64,000 nucleotides of DNA from an archaeon UBA543 (GTDB lineage: Archaea > Undinarchaeota > Undinarchaeia > Undinarchaeales > UBA543). How positions within the stretch are numbered: position 1 is the stretch's first letter; every line of letters starts with the position of its first letter. A program made the translations under genes and the position numbers. The stretch spans positions 5,548 to 69,547 of the forward strand of contig DAPM01000017.1 of assembly GCA_002502135.1 (NCBI GenBank), in the 5' to 3' direction. The notes under the pieces are model-generated. The model ran no database searches, had not been told where the DNA came from, and worked only from the letters and a program-made list of their open reading frames with translations. Below, in pieces: positions 45,831 to 55,034 of this stretch.

Positions 45831-46972
45831 AGCAATTTCTCAGCTGCTTCAACAATTTTTCTAGGTTCTAATTCAACAAGGCACTTCCTGTCCTTGCAAT
45901 TAAAATAATTAGCAGTAAAAGAATCAACACAAGGAATACAAGCCAAGTCTTTTTTCACAACAATAACTTTCTCACCATAAGGTTTTGCTTTTTCAGAATC
46001 TGTAGGACCGAAAATACTAACTACTGGAATTCCAAGTGCTGCTGCAAGATGCCCAGGCCCAGTATCTGTGCTAATGAAAATATCACAATTCTTAATCAAA
46101 GCAGCTGTTTCTGGAATAGTTTTGTCAAAGAACATCAACGGTTTCTCTTGCATCATTGCGTGAATACTCTTGCCAGCATGAGCTTCTTCTGGCCCACCAA
46201 CTATCATAATCTTTGTATTATGCTTCTTGGCAAGTTCAGTACATGCTTCTGCAAAGCCATGCTGAGTCCACTGTTTGTATTTGGTTTCATGAACTGAGCC
46301 GGTGTGCACGCCAATAAGTTTCTGACCTTCACCAAGTCCTCTGGATTTCAGAAGGTTTCGAGCACCATATACTTTAGCGTCTGGCAATTCAAGTTTAATA
46401 CTTCTGTCAATTTCTTTTTCACCAAGCATTTTAGCAATATCCAAATTCACATCAACACAGTGCTTGCTAGTGCTTTTAACAACAATATTTGAGAAAACTC
46501 CTGATTTGAAGAACCCGACGTTCTGCTCAACTCCAATCATTTTCTTTGCTCCAATGAATTTTGTAGCTACCCCGCTGAACTTTCCGCTTGGGTATGTTAG
46601 AATTGAAAGATCGAATTTTCTTTTTCCAAGTTCTTTCATGAATTTTCTTTTCTTGAAAATCCCTCTATGCTCTTCTGGATTGAAGAAAACAATATCGTCC
46701 ACTAGTTTGTTTGCCTGCATTAATTCAACAACTGGTTTGTATGAAGCAAGCAGAGTGATTTTTGCAGTTGGAAACCTTTTTCTTAAAGTTTTGAGCAAAG
46801 GAATTGAAAAAATCATATTTCCCAAGCCCATCAGGTTTACAACAACAATATTCTGAAAATTCTCATCAACTGGTCTGCTTCTTGCAAATAACAAATCCCA
46901 CGGAATCAAGAATTTCAAGGCTAGTATGTTCTCAAACATTCTAACATGCAAAGGAATTTTTATTTTAGACAT
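45827..46972 (-). CDS. GT9 family heptosyltransferase-like glycosyltransferase
   Basis: 381 aa. IVVVNLMGLGNMIFSIPLLKTLRKRFP is the GT9 N-terminal motif. C-terminal HTGS...GGPEE... GT-B half is also present. Confidence 0.7.
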   Translation of the reverse strand: MSKIKIPLHVRMFENILALKFLIPWDLLFARSRPVDENFQNIVVVNLMGLGNMIFSIPLLKTLRKRFPTAKITLLASYKPVVELMQANKLVDDIVFFNPEEHRGIFKKRKFMKELGKRKFDLSILTYPSGKFSGVATKFIGAKKMIGVEQNVGFFKSGVFSNIVVKSTSKHCVDVNLDIAKMLGEKEIDRSIKLELPDAKVYGARNLLKSRGLGEGQKLIGVHTGSVHETKYKQWTQHGFAEACTELAKKHNTKIMIVGGPEEAHAGKSIHAMMQEKPLMFFDKTIPETAALIKNCDIFISTDTGPGHLAAALGIPVVSIFGPTDSEKAKPYGEKVIVVKKDLACIPCVDSFTANYFNCKDRKCLVELEPRKIVEAAEKLL

Positions 46973-46973
46973 T

Positions 46974-47432
46974 TTAAAGTTTTGAAATTATGTCTGTTGT
47001 TGAATCACAATCAACTAACTTCAATATTTCCAGTCTTCCGCCATATTCTTCTAAAGCTTTTTTCTCAGGAACTTGTTCTGGGGTATAATCTCCGCCTTTA
47101 GCTTGGATTCCTGGTTTCAGCTCGCGGATAAGCTGTTCTGGAGTGTTTTCATCATAAATCACAACATAATCCACGCTTTCTAGGGAATCAAGCACTTCAG
47201 CTCGCTGATCCTGCTGAATTAATGGTCGTTTCTCACCTTTCAACTTTTTAACTGATGCATCGCTGTTCAGTCCAACAATCAGAACATCTCCGAGTTCTCT
47301 GGCTTCTTTCAAATAGCGAATATGACCAATATGCAGAATATCAAAACAACCATTAGTGAAAACTACTGTTTTCCCTGCTGTTTTCAGCTGGTCTACAGTC
47401 TGTTTTGCATCTTCTCTTGACAAAACACTCAT
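46974..47432 (-). CDS. D-beta-D-heptose-1-phosphate adenylyltransferase (HldE domain II / RfaE2-like)
   Basis: 152 aa. TNGCFDILHIGHIRYL...IVGLNSD...KGGDY...CDSTTDIISK is collinear with the E. coli HldE C-terminal domain. Confidence 0.8.
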   Translation of the reverse strand: MSVLSREDAKQTVDQLKTAGKTVVFTNGCFDILHIGHIRYLKEARELGDVLIVGLNSDASVKKLKGEKRPLIQQDQRAEVLDSLESVDYVVIYDENTPEQLIRELKPGIQAKGGDYTPEQVPEKKALEEYGGRLEILKLVDCDSTTDIISKL

Positions 47433-48349
47433 TTTAGAGCCTCCCTCAGGTCGATTTTGTGAACGCGCCTCTTCCCAATAACAAAACCAGCTGCTTTGTT
47501 AGCCAGTTTTGCAGATTCAAGATCATTTATTCCAGATGCAAGAGCAACAGCAAGCACTGCAGCAACAGTATCTCCAGCTCCTGTAACATCATAAACCTCT
47601 TTAGCTTCTACTGGAATTTGTTCTGCAGTTCCATTTGAAACAAGCATCATTCCTTCTGCTCCCATTGTCATCAAAACTTTGCAGTTCAGCTTTTCTGAAA
47701 GTGTTTTTCCGATTTCTTCAGAAGTGCTGTTCTCAGAATTAACAATTTCTCTGGATTCTTTTAAGTTCGGAGTAATAATTTCAACTCCTTTGAAAATTTC
47801 AGCATTAACTGGTTTTGGATCCACAAGCACTTTCTTTCCAGTTTGCTTTGCAGCTTCCACAATTTTATCAGTCATAACACCTTTTGCATAATCTGAAAGA
47901 ACAATTATGCTGGCGTCTCCTGCTTTTTCTGAAATAGCAGATATGATTTTATCCTCATCCTCTTCACTGATTTTGTCTTTTTTTTCAGTATCAATTCTGA
48001 GCAACTGCTCTAACTCACTAGTTACAATCCTTTTCTTAACAGTTGTAGGACGGTTTTTGTCAATTATAATTGAGTCAGCCGTTATTCCGCTGGATTTGAT
48101 AAGTTCTGCAAGCTCTTTGCCTTCTGAATCATCACCAATAACACCAACCAGCTCTGCTTTTGCTCCAAGCTCAACAATATTTTTTGCAACATTTGCAGCT
48201 CCGCCAAGAACATCCTTTATTTTCTCTTTGTTAAAAACCGGTACAGGAGCTTCTGGTGAAATCCTACTTGCATCTCCAATAACATATCTGTCCAGCATTA
48301 AGTCTCCAATAATAAGTACTTTGACTGATTCTGGTTTCAGCTCGCTCAT
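47429..48349 (-). CDS. D-beta-D-heptose-7-phosphate kinase (HldE domain I / RfaE1-like, PfkB family)
   Basis: 306 aa. IIGDLMLDRYVIGDASRISPEAPVPV...GGAANVAKN matches HldE domain I. C-terminal DVTGAGDT is the PfkB motif. Confidence 0.75.
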   Translation of the reverse strand: MSELKPESVKVLIIGDLMLDRYVIGDASRISPEAPVPVFNKEKIKDVLGGAANVAKNIVELGAKAELVGVIGDDSEGKELAELIKSSGITADSIIIDKNRPTTVKKRIVTSELEQLLRIDTEKKDKISEEDEDKIISAISEKAGDASIIVLSDYAKGVMTDKIVEAAKQTGKKVLVDPKPVNAEIFKGVEIITPNLKESREIVNSENSTSEEIGKTLSEKLNCKVLMTMGAEGMMLVSNGTAEQIPVEAKEVYDVTGAGDTVAAVLAVALASGINDLESAKLANKAAGFVIGKRRVHKIDLREALK

Positions 48350-48888
48350 TCAAGCGCCTCGCAAATTTCATGAAGTATGAAAGCGTGCATTTCTTGAATT
48401 CGTGGAACCTGATCTGATTGCACCTGAATACCAAGATCGCATTCTCCAGCAAGTGTTCCGACATTTCCTGTCAATGCAATTGTCTTTATTCCAAGTGATT
48501 TTGCTTTCTGAGCAGCTTTAACAACATTCTCAGAAGTTCCGCTTGTGCTAATCACAATTAAAACATCTCCTTGCTTGCCTAGAGCTTCAACCTGCCTCTC
48601 AAAAACTTTGTCATAACCATAATCATTGGAAATTGCTGTCATAACAGCAGTGTTAGCATTAAGAGAAATTCCTTCAAGGGGCTTCCTGTCGCTTTTGTAC
48701 TTGCAAACCAGTTCTGCAATAAAATGGTTAGCATCAGAAGCAGATCCGCCATTACCGCAAGCAAGAACTTTGTGCCCAGCCAGGTGGCACTCTTTAATTG
48801 CATTTACTGCATTCTGCACCTGATCTTTCAGGCCAATAGCGCTTCGCGCCAGGCTTGCTAAATTTTCTGCTCGCTCTTCAAATGTCAT
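48346..48888 (-). CDS. gmhA: Sedoheptulose-7-phosphate isomerase GmhA (SIS), copy 2
   Basis: 180 aa. LACGNGGSASDANHF...ISTSGTSENV. Confidence 0.8.
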   Translation of the reverse strand: MTFEERAENLASLARSAIGLKDQVQNAVNAIKECHLAGHKVLACGNGGSASDANHFIAELVCKYKSDRKPLEGISLNANTAVMTAISNDYGYDKVFERQVEALGKQGDVLIVISTSGTSENVVKAAQKAKSLGIKTIALTGNVGTLAGECDLGIQVQSDQVPRIQEMHAFILHEICEALE

Positions 48889-49009
48889 AGTTTTAGAACT
48901 CCTGATTTTGTTATTTAAAGTTAATGAAAGGCTAATTTATCTTGAAGTGGCAGAAAATCCATGTTTTCAAATCACTCAGACCGCTTCAAGATTCACCCAG
49001 GAAATAGAA

Positions 49010-49029
49010 CCCCGGCCGTTAGGTCGGGG
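49010..49029 (-). terminator. Candidate stem-loop terminator downstream of the 49046..49999 gene
   Basis: CCCCGGCC-GTTA-GGTCGGGG hairpin, 17 nt after the stop of the minus-strand gene and followed by a T-rich stretch on the transcribed strand. Confidence 0.3.
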
Positions 49030-49045
49030 ATTGAATGACTGGGTG

Positions 49046-49999
49046 TTATCTGATTCCTGCGCGTATTTTGCTCTTCAAACCGCTCCCAATCTTCGAGTAA
49101 GCAGAAGCAGCTAATTTCAATGAACTACTAGAGTAAACACGAGTGTAATCAGCAATTTCACCACCCCAGCCTAGTTTGAAGTTTCGGATTCCCTCAATTC
49201 CGGCTCCCAACATGTCGTATTTCTTAAAACCATTTTCATAAGCCCATTTTATTATATGCCACTGGATTACATTATTTGGATACAATTTTGCAAGTTCTCC
49301 CTTGATCGATGCACCTGTCCAATAATAAATTGTTTTTCCAGAGTGCGGGAAAGCAGCACAGCCTATTGTTTTTCCCTGATACTTTGCAAATAAGAGTTTG
49401 ATCTGGTTCTTTGCATGCAAGCCCTGGATTATTTTCTTGTAAAATTCTTTTGGAAGTGGATTATAGTCGCTTGCAGAGTAGGTTTCCATTAGCATTTTGT
49501 AATAAGTTTCAATTGCTTCATCAGAATAATCTTCTTCAATTGTTACTCCATCCTTCTCAGCTTTGTTAACGCAGTATCTGTGCCCTTTTTTGATTATTTT
49601 GAAGTGCTCCTCAGCACTTGGTTGATTGAATTTTGTAATAATTGTCTGAGCTGTTTCAGAAGAGCCGAAATCTGTCTGAGTTCCAGGTGGAAGTATCATG
49701 AAAAAGTTTCCAGCTTCTTTTTTGAGTTGTTTGAGCTTGCTGTTAATATCAGAATCTTTTGAAACAATGCCAAGGTATGCTGTTTCTGTTCCGAAAATCG
49801 GTGAGAATCCAATCTCCACTGGCCCCATCTTTTTTCTGAAAATCGGGCAAATAGCATTTTTAAAAACAGCAATTTCGCATTTAGTTCCTAGACTTTCTAA
49901 TGCAGACAACCATTCATAAGAATGGAAAGGCGTTGCTTGCTCAAGCTGACTATATTCTTCAACAAGTTCCTTTGCTTCTTCAAGTGTTTTGATTTCCAT
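49046..49999 (-). CDS. FemAB-like / GNAT-fold (Acetyltransf_6-like) aminoacyl- or acyl-transferase candidate
   Basis: 317 aa. Two-lobed GNAT-like pattern with a conserved ...QWHIIKWAYENGFKKYDMLGAG... C-terminus, as in FemAB/BioF2-like proteins. The assignment is tentative. Confidence 0.4.
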   Translation of the reverse strand: MEIKTLEEAKELVEEYSQLEQATPFHSYEWLSALESLGTKCEIAVFKNAICPIFRKKMGPVEIGFSPIFGTETAYLGIVSKDSDINSKLKQLKKEAGNFFMILPPGTQTDFGSSETAQTIITKFNQPSAEEHFKIIKKGHRYCVNKAEKDGVTIEEDYSDEAIETYYKMLMETYSASDYNPLPKEFYKKIIQGLHAKNQIKLLFAKYQGKTIGCAAFPHSGKTIYYWTGASIKGELAKLYPNNVIQWHIIKWAYENGFKKYDMLGAGIEGIRNFKLGWGGEIADYTRVYSSSSLKLAASAYSKIGSGLKSKIRAGIR

Positions 50000-50855
50000 T
50001 TACTTTTTCTGCAATTTTCATGCAGTTTGCTTTCCAGCATTTCTGATCTTTTGAAACTCTTTCAACTAACCACTGGTAGAACTGTCTCTGTCTTGGTAGG
50101 TCTTCGGAAAGCGAGCGCTGGTGTACGATTATGTTTATTATTTTTCTATCTTGTTTGGCTTTCTGAATTAATGCCTCGACTTTCTCAATCGCTTTTTCCA
50201 GTTTCAGATTTTCGTAAAATGGACTGAACAAGTAGGTCTCCATTAAATGAACAGGAATTTCAACAATCCCTTCTGGAGTTTTGTAAGCCTGCTTTAATCC
50301 TCCTGATTTGTCAAGTTCTGTTGTATCATATTCATATCCAGCAGTTTTCAGGAGCTTGAGCATATTTGGGTGAGTTTTGAGGTAATGCATCCGAATTCCT
50401 CTCGGCCTTCTATGAAGCATATTGTAAAGAGTTGCATATTCGTCCTTGATTTCTTTTTCATTATCCTGAAACTGTCCATGCACTCCAACTTCAAAATTGA
50501 ATGGAATTGTTTTTACTTTCTCCCTTGCTTGGTCTCGGTCGTACTTCAAGCCGATTCCTGGGTTCATTGCAAAAAAGAAAGTGCTTGGAATACTGTTTTT
50601 GAAATCCAGTTCACACATTTCGTGAACACAATCCCATGAATCTTTTTTAGTGAAAAAAGAGTTTTTTATAACTTTCAGATAGCTTAGGATACTTCTCCTA
50701 AGTCTGAGTACTTCAATCGAACAGGTAACCCAGAATTCAATTATTTCCCAAAACCGGTGCTCCTTGTGCCCTAAATGGTCAACATCGTGACTAATGCAGA
50801 TTCCCCACTCATATTCTTCAGGAAGTATTGACGCCATGTTCGAAGCTTCCTTCAA
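49980..50855 (-). CDS. Hypothetical protein, possibly polysaccharide-deacetylase-like (CE4-like His/Asp motif)
   Basis: 291 aa. ICISHDVDHLGH suggests a metal-dependent deacetylase-type site. Confidence is low. Confidence 0.3.
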   Translation of the reverse strand: MKEASNMASILPEEYEWGICISHDVDHLGHKEHRFWEIIEFWVTCSIEVLRLRRSILSYLKVIKNSFFTKKDSWDCVHEMCELDFKNSIPSTFFFAMNPGIGLKYDRDQAREKVKTIPFNFEVGVHGQFQDNEKEIKDEYATLYNMLHRRPRGIRMHYLKTHPNMLKLLKTAGYEYDTTELDKSGGLKQAYKTPEGIVEIPVHLMETYLFSPFYENLKLEKAIEKVEALIQKAKQDRKIINIIVHQRSLSEDLPRQRQFYQWLVERVSKDQKCWKANCMKIAEKVNGNQNT

Positions 50856-50894
50856 AAAGTATTTAAGAGTTATTAAGGAGAAATCGTTACTACA

Positions 50895-52184
50895 ATGAGA
50901 ATAAGTGTTATCGGAACTGGTTACGTCGGTCTAATTACTGGAACAGGCCTTGCCAGCAAGGGGCATACAGTCACTTGCGTGGATATTGATAAAGAGAAGG
51001 TTGAGAAGATCAACAAGGGGATTTCTCCTATTTTTGAAGAGAATCTGGATGAAATGCTGAAAAAAGCTATTGCAAAAGGCAATTTCAATGCAACTCTCGA
51101 TATCAAAAATGCAATTTTCAATACTGAACTTTCTTTTATTTGTGTAGGAACTCCTTCCAAGGATGACGGAAGCGCTGACCTGAAATACGTTGAAGCTGCT
51201 GCAAAATCAATAGGAGAAGCACTGAAAGAAAAAGATGCTTACCATCTTGTTATTATGAAAAGCACTGTAATCCCTGGAACAACTGAGAATGTGCTTATTC
51301 CAATACTGGAGAAAGAATCTGGCAAGAAAGCTGGTGAAGCTTTCGGAGTCTGCATGACCCCTGAGTTTCTGCGAGAAGGCAGAGCAGTTGAAGATTTCCT
51401 GAATCCTGACCGAGTTATAATTGGACAACTGGACAGCAAAGCTGGAAATCTGGCAAAACAGGTTCATGAAACAAAGGACAGGCCGTTCCTGCGAACAGAT
51501 TTGAGAACTGCAGAAATGATAAAATACTCAAGTAATGCTTTCCTTGCTACAAAAATCTCATTCATTAATGAAATTGGTAATATTTGCAAGAAAATTGGAG
51601 CAGACACACTACAGGTTTCACGCGGAATTGGTATGGATCATAGGATTTCACCGCACTTTCTGCGTCCTGGAATTGGGTTCGGAGGCTCCTGCTTTCCAAA
51701 AGATGTGAAAGCACTGATGCACCAGGCATCTGATGATTATGATTACAAACCAAAGATTCTGAATGCAGTAATGGAAGTTAATGATGACCAGCCATTGAGA
51801 CTTATTGAATTAGCTGAAAAGAAACTTGGCGACTTAAACGGCAAGACTGCTGCTATCCTTGGATTGGCGTTTAAGGCAGGTACTGACGACTTGAGAGAGT
51901 CCAGAGCTATTCCAATTATTCACAAACTCATTGAAAAAGGTGTTAAAGTGCAGGGTTATGATCCAAAAGCTGGTGAAACTGCCAAGGAAGAGTTTGGAGA
52001 CAAGATAACTTATGCTCAAAACATCCAAGAAGCTTTGAAAGATGCTGACTTTTGTTTAATAACAACTGAGTGGCCTGAGTTCAAGAACATTAATTTTGAT
52101 GGAATGAAGGGAAAAGCAGTGTTTGACGGAAGAAATATTCTTGAGAACCGCGCAGATGTTGATTATGAAGGGCTTTGTTGGTGA
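50895..52184 (+). CDS. UDP-glucose/UDP-N-acetyl-hexosamine 6-dehydrogenase (nucleotide-sugar dehydrogenase)
   Basis: 429 aa. Begins MRISVIGTGYVGLITG. Catalytic region GFGGSCFPKDV is present. Confidence 0.85.
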   Translation: MRISVIGTGYVGLITGTGLASKGHTVTCVDIDKEKVEKINKGISPIFEENLDEMLKKAIAKGNFNATLDIKNAIFNTELSFICVGTPSKDDGSADLKYVEAAAKSIGEALKEKDAYHLVIMKSTVIPGTTENVLIPILEKESGKKAGEAFGVCMTPEFLREGRAVEDFLNPDRVIIGQLDSKAGNLAKQVHETKDRPFLRTDLRTAEMIKYSSNAFLATKISFINEIGNICKKIGADTLQVSRGIGMDHRISPHFLRPGIGFGGSCFPKDVKALMHQASDDYDYKPKILNAVMEVNDDQPLRLIELAEKKLGDLNGKTAAILGLAFKAGTDDLRESRAIPIIHKLIEKGVKVQGYDPKAGETAKEEFGDKITYAQNIQEALKDADFCLITTEWPEFKNINFDGMKGKAVFDGRNILENRADVDYEGLCW

Positions 52185-52305
52185 GATTTAGCTAATTTCT
52201 CTATATTTCGTTGTTTTAGCTGTGCGATTATGAGTTTAATGCCTTTAGCGGTATCTCAATACACGACATATGAACATATAAATACTAGTAAAAATAACCC
52301 AGATT

Positions 52306-52917
52306 ATGCGTGAAATCAGGTTTTCAATAAAACATAAGGGAAGCTGGTCTTTAGAAGCAGTTGCGGACTTCTTTGATGTGAAGGCTAGTCTAATTGGAAA
52401 TAACTTGTGGAAGTTTGAAGCCAAAGATGAGAGACAGATTGCGGACTTTCTAAAATTCTTTCAGAATCACAGATCTGTTGATGCTTCAAAACTCGTTTTC
52501 CAGCAGGGAAAGTTTGCAGTTGTTCACGAGAAATCAGGTTCTGAAATCCGCAATCTAATTTCCAAACACAATTGCCACGCAGGTTCGAACATGTCAGTAG
52601 CAAATGGTTTTGAGAACTGGGTTGTTTTTGCAGAGAATTCACAGGATGCAACCAATTTGATGAAAGACTTGAACAAGCTTGGCGAAGTTATTGTTGATAA
52701 AATGGGGAAATATGATCCAAATAAGAGCCAATTCCAGCTTACTGACAAGCAATTACATTCAATAAATCTGGCTGTTGCTTATGGTTACTACAACTGGCCT
52801 CGCAAAGTAACTCTAGAAGAGCTAGCAACTGTCCGAAAAGTTTCCAGACGCACTTATCAGGACCATCTGAGAAAAGCTGAAGAGAAAATTCTTAGGAAAA
52901 TTGTTGAAGAACTCTAA
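52306..52917 (+). CDS. Putative transcriptional regulator with C-terminal HTH_10 (bacterio-opsin-activator-type) domain
   Basis: 203 aa. The C-terminus NWPRKVTLEELATVRKVSRRTYQDHLRKAEEKILRK matches the archaeal HTH_10 pattern. An ATATAAAT box lies ~30 nt upstream. Confidence 0.5.
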   Translation: MREIRFSIKHKGSWSLEAVADFFDVKASLIGNNLWKFEAKDERQIADFLKFFQNHRSVDASKLVFQQGKFAVVHEKSGSEIRNLISKHNCHAGSNMSVANGFENWVVFAENSQDATNLMKDLNKLGEVIVDKMGKYDPNKSQFQLTDKQLHSINLAVAYGYYNWPRKVTLEELATVRKVSRRTYQDHLRKAEEKILRKIVEEL

Positions 52918-53888
52918 AACAGAATTCCCCACAACAAACCTAAACCGTAACTAAAGTGCACAACCATATACCCTACAAACATTACAATACCTTCATTAGC
53001 ATTCTTTGCAATTTTCGTGCAGGAGTAGATTATCGGTGCAACATAGATCACAAAACCAGCAAGCAGGAGCTGTTTTGCAATTGGGAACATACAGCTCAGA
53101 ATTGATAGTGTTACAAAGAATAGAACCATTGAAGCTGGAACAAGATAAACTGGTTTGAATGAGTAATGATGCTTCTCAATCATTTTTGTGCGGGCCCACC
53201 CGTACCAGAACATCTGCTTTGCCAATCCAGTATAGCTCGGTCGCTTGTATTGCTCAACATAAGTCTGCGGAGTGTACAGAAGTTTGTAACCGTCTTTTCT
53301 CAATTTAATATTTAATTCAGCATCTTGTCCGATTCTGAATTTCGGATCATTCAAACCAACATCAAGAAGCGCTTTTTTTCTATAAAGTGTAAATGAAACT
53401 GACTCCACAAAATTGTCTTTTTCATCCTGACTTTGCGAAGTTCCTATTCCGCCAACTCTGCTGTAAAGGATTTTCCCAACTGCTTTCTGGAAATCTGTGG
53501 AATCTGCAGGATCTTTGTGCCTGCACCCAACTCCTGCAACATTTGTTGGCTGGCTGTCCAGTTTTTTAGTAAGAATTTTCAGTAAATTTGGAGCAACTAG
53601 TGTGTGTCCGGACAACTGCATAATGTATTTGCCTTTTGCTTTCTTTATTCCAATATTTCTTCCTGATCCTGACTCCTGATGCTGGTTGTTCAGCAGAGTA
53701 ATTTTCACTTTAGACTTCTTCTGCCACTCTCGAATAATGTCTCTAGTATTATCTTCAGACTTTCCGTCTGCAAAAATGATTTCGTAGTCCTTTACAGGGT
53801 AATGCTGTTTGACCAGGGTTGGAATTACTTTCGTAAGGTTTCTGCCCTCATTCCTCACAGCAATTACAATTGATACTTTTACTCCCAC
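52914..53888 (-). CDS. Family-2 glycosyltransferase with C-terminal TM helices (GTG start)
   Basis: The track ORF (to 54050) has no in-frame ATG before the GT2 core. The only candidate start is GTG at 53888 (VGVKVSIVIAVRNE...ADGKSED...). The upstream 'coding' stretch is actually a repeat element. Confidence 0.65.
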   Translation of the reverse strand: MGVKVSIVIAVRNEGRNLTKVIPTLVKQHYPVKDYEIIFADGKSEDNTRDIIREWQKKSKVKITLLNNQHQESGSGRNIGIKKAKGKYIMQLSGHTLVAPNLLKILTKKLDSQPTNVAGVGCRHKDPADSTDFQKAVGKILYSRVGGIGTSQSQDEKDNFVESVSFTLYRKKALLDVGLNDPKFRIGQDAELNIKLRKDGYKLLYTPQTYVEQYKRPSYTGLAKQMFWYGWARTKMIEKHHYSFKPVYLVPASMVLFFVTLSILSCMFPIAKQLLLAGFVIYVAPIIYSCTKIAKNANEGIVMFVGYMVVHFSYGLGLLWGILF

Positions 53889-53942
53889 ATTATCTGTTCT
53901 AATTAGTGTATTTAAGAGTTTTGTGGATTGCTGTTGTTTTGT

Positions 53943-54050
53943 AGGATTAGGTGTTAGGCGTTGGGCTTTAGGCTTTAGGTTTTGATAGAACAGAACTAAC
54001 GCCCAAAGCCCATTCTGTTTACTCAAATAACTCAGAACGCCTAACGCCAT
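53943..54050. repeat. Imperfect long palindrome built from TTAGGC-type heptamer repeats
   Basis: Left arm TTAGGTG-TTAGGCG-TTGGGCT-TTAGGCT-TTAGG, spacer TTTTGATAGAACAGAACT, right arm AACGCCC-AAAGCCC...GAACGCC-TAACGCC (reverse complements). It lies in a divergent promoter region. Confidence 0.6.
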
Positions 54051-54095
54051 CGTTCCCCAACTTATTTAAACAACAAATTCTGATACTTTTCGGGA

Positions 54096-55028
54096 ATGGG
54101 CGACAAAGTTTTAGTAACAGGTTCAGCTGGTTTTATCGGCTCTAATCTAGCAGAAGCACTCTGCAAAAAAGACTACAACGTTCTTGGGATTGACTGTTTT
54201 ACTGATTATTATCCAAGGAAGCTGAAAGAACAGAACCTTTCAAACCTAAAATCAGAGAAGAATTTCGAGTTTCTGGAAACAAATCTGGTCGACTGCGATA
54301 TTTCAAAGCTTCTAGACGGTGTTTCAACAATCTACCACGAAGCTGCACAACCAGGTGTTCGATACAGCTGGGATCATGTGCAAGTCTATATTGATAACAA
54401 CATAATCGCAACCCAGCGCCTGCTTGAAGCTGCAAGAAAAAACAAGCAGAAAATTGTTTTTGCATCATCCTCTTCTGTTTACGGAGATGTGAAAGAGCTT
54501 CCAGTAAAAGAATCCACCGAATTGAATCCAATTTCGCCCTACGGTGTCACCAAAGTCACTTGCGAGGATCTTCTCAAGATTTACAATGAAGCTCATGGAA
54601 TTCCTTCTGCGATTCTCAGATATTTCACAGTTTACGGGCCAAGGCAGAGGCCGGATATGGCGATTAATATTTTCAGTAATAAAATAATGAATGGTGAAGC
54701 ATTTGAATTGTACGGCGATGGTTCGCAGTCCCGTGATTTCACTTATGTTGATGACATTGTTGCAGGAACAATTTCTGCAGGCGAGTCTTCAAAAGAATTT
54801 GAAACTTACAATATTGGCGGCGGTTCTACTATAACTGTGAAGGGATTAATTGACAAAATCGGAGAAATAGTTGGAAAAGAGCCGAACTACAAGTGTGTAG
54901 GAGAGCAGAAAGGGGATGTAAAACACACTCATGCTGATATCACAAAAGCTAAAAACGATCTTGGCTATTCACCAAAGACGAAAACCGCTGAAGGTCTTCA
55001 AAATTATATTAATTTCATTAAAGGTTAA
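54096..55028 (+). CDS. NAD-dependent nucleotide-sugar epimerase (UDP-glucuronate/UDP-glucose 4-epimerase-like)
   Basis: 310 aa. LVTGSAGFIGSNL and YGVTKVTCE. Confidence 0.8.
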   Translation: MGDKVLVTGSAGFIGSNLAEALCKKDYNVLGIDCFTDYYPRKLKEQNLSNLKSEKNFEFLETNLVDCDISKLLDGVSTIYHEAAQPGVRYSWDHVQVYIDNNIIATQRLLEAARKNKQKIVFASSSSVYGDVKELPVKESTELNPISPYGVTKVTCEDLLKIYNEAHGIPSAILRYFTVYGPRQRPDMAINIFSNKIMNGEAFELYGDGSQSRDFTYVDDIVAGTISAGESSKEFETYNIGGGSTITVKGLIDKIGEIVGKEPNYKCVGEQKGDVKHTHADITKAKNDLGYSPKTKTAEGLQNYINFIKG

Positions 55029-55034
55029 CCCAAA

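Noticed and set aside
46974-47432. Glycerol-3-phosphate cytidylyltransferase (TagD) assignment for the 152-aa cytidylyltransferase-fold protein
   Set aside because: Collinearity with HldE domain II is extensive (NGCFDxLHxGH, xxNSD, KGGDY, C-terminal CSTTxII). It also sits between a PfkB kinase and GmhA, exactly the ADP-heptose context.
53889-54050. Track ORF 52914..54050 N-terminal 54 aa (MALGVLSYLSKQNGLWALV...)
   Set aside because: This region is the heptamer-repeat palindrome. The GT2 domain begins right after it and has an in-frame GTG at 53888, so the upstream 'coding' stretch is an artefact of the repeat lacking stops.
53943-54050. CRISPR array
   Set aside because: The repeats are degenerate 7-mers in tandem with an inverted second arm. 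There are no regularly spaced unique spacers and no cas genes anywhere in the window.
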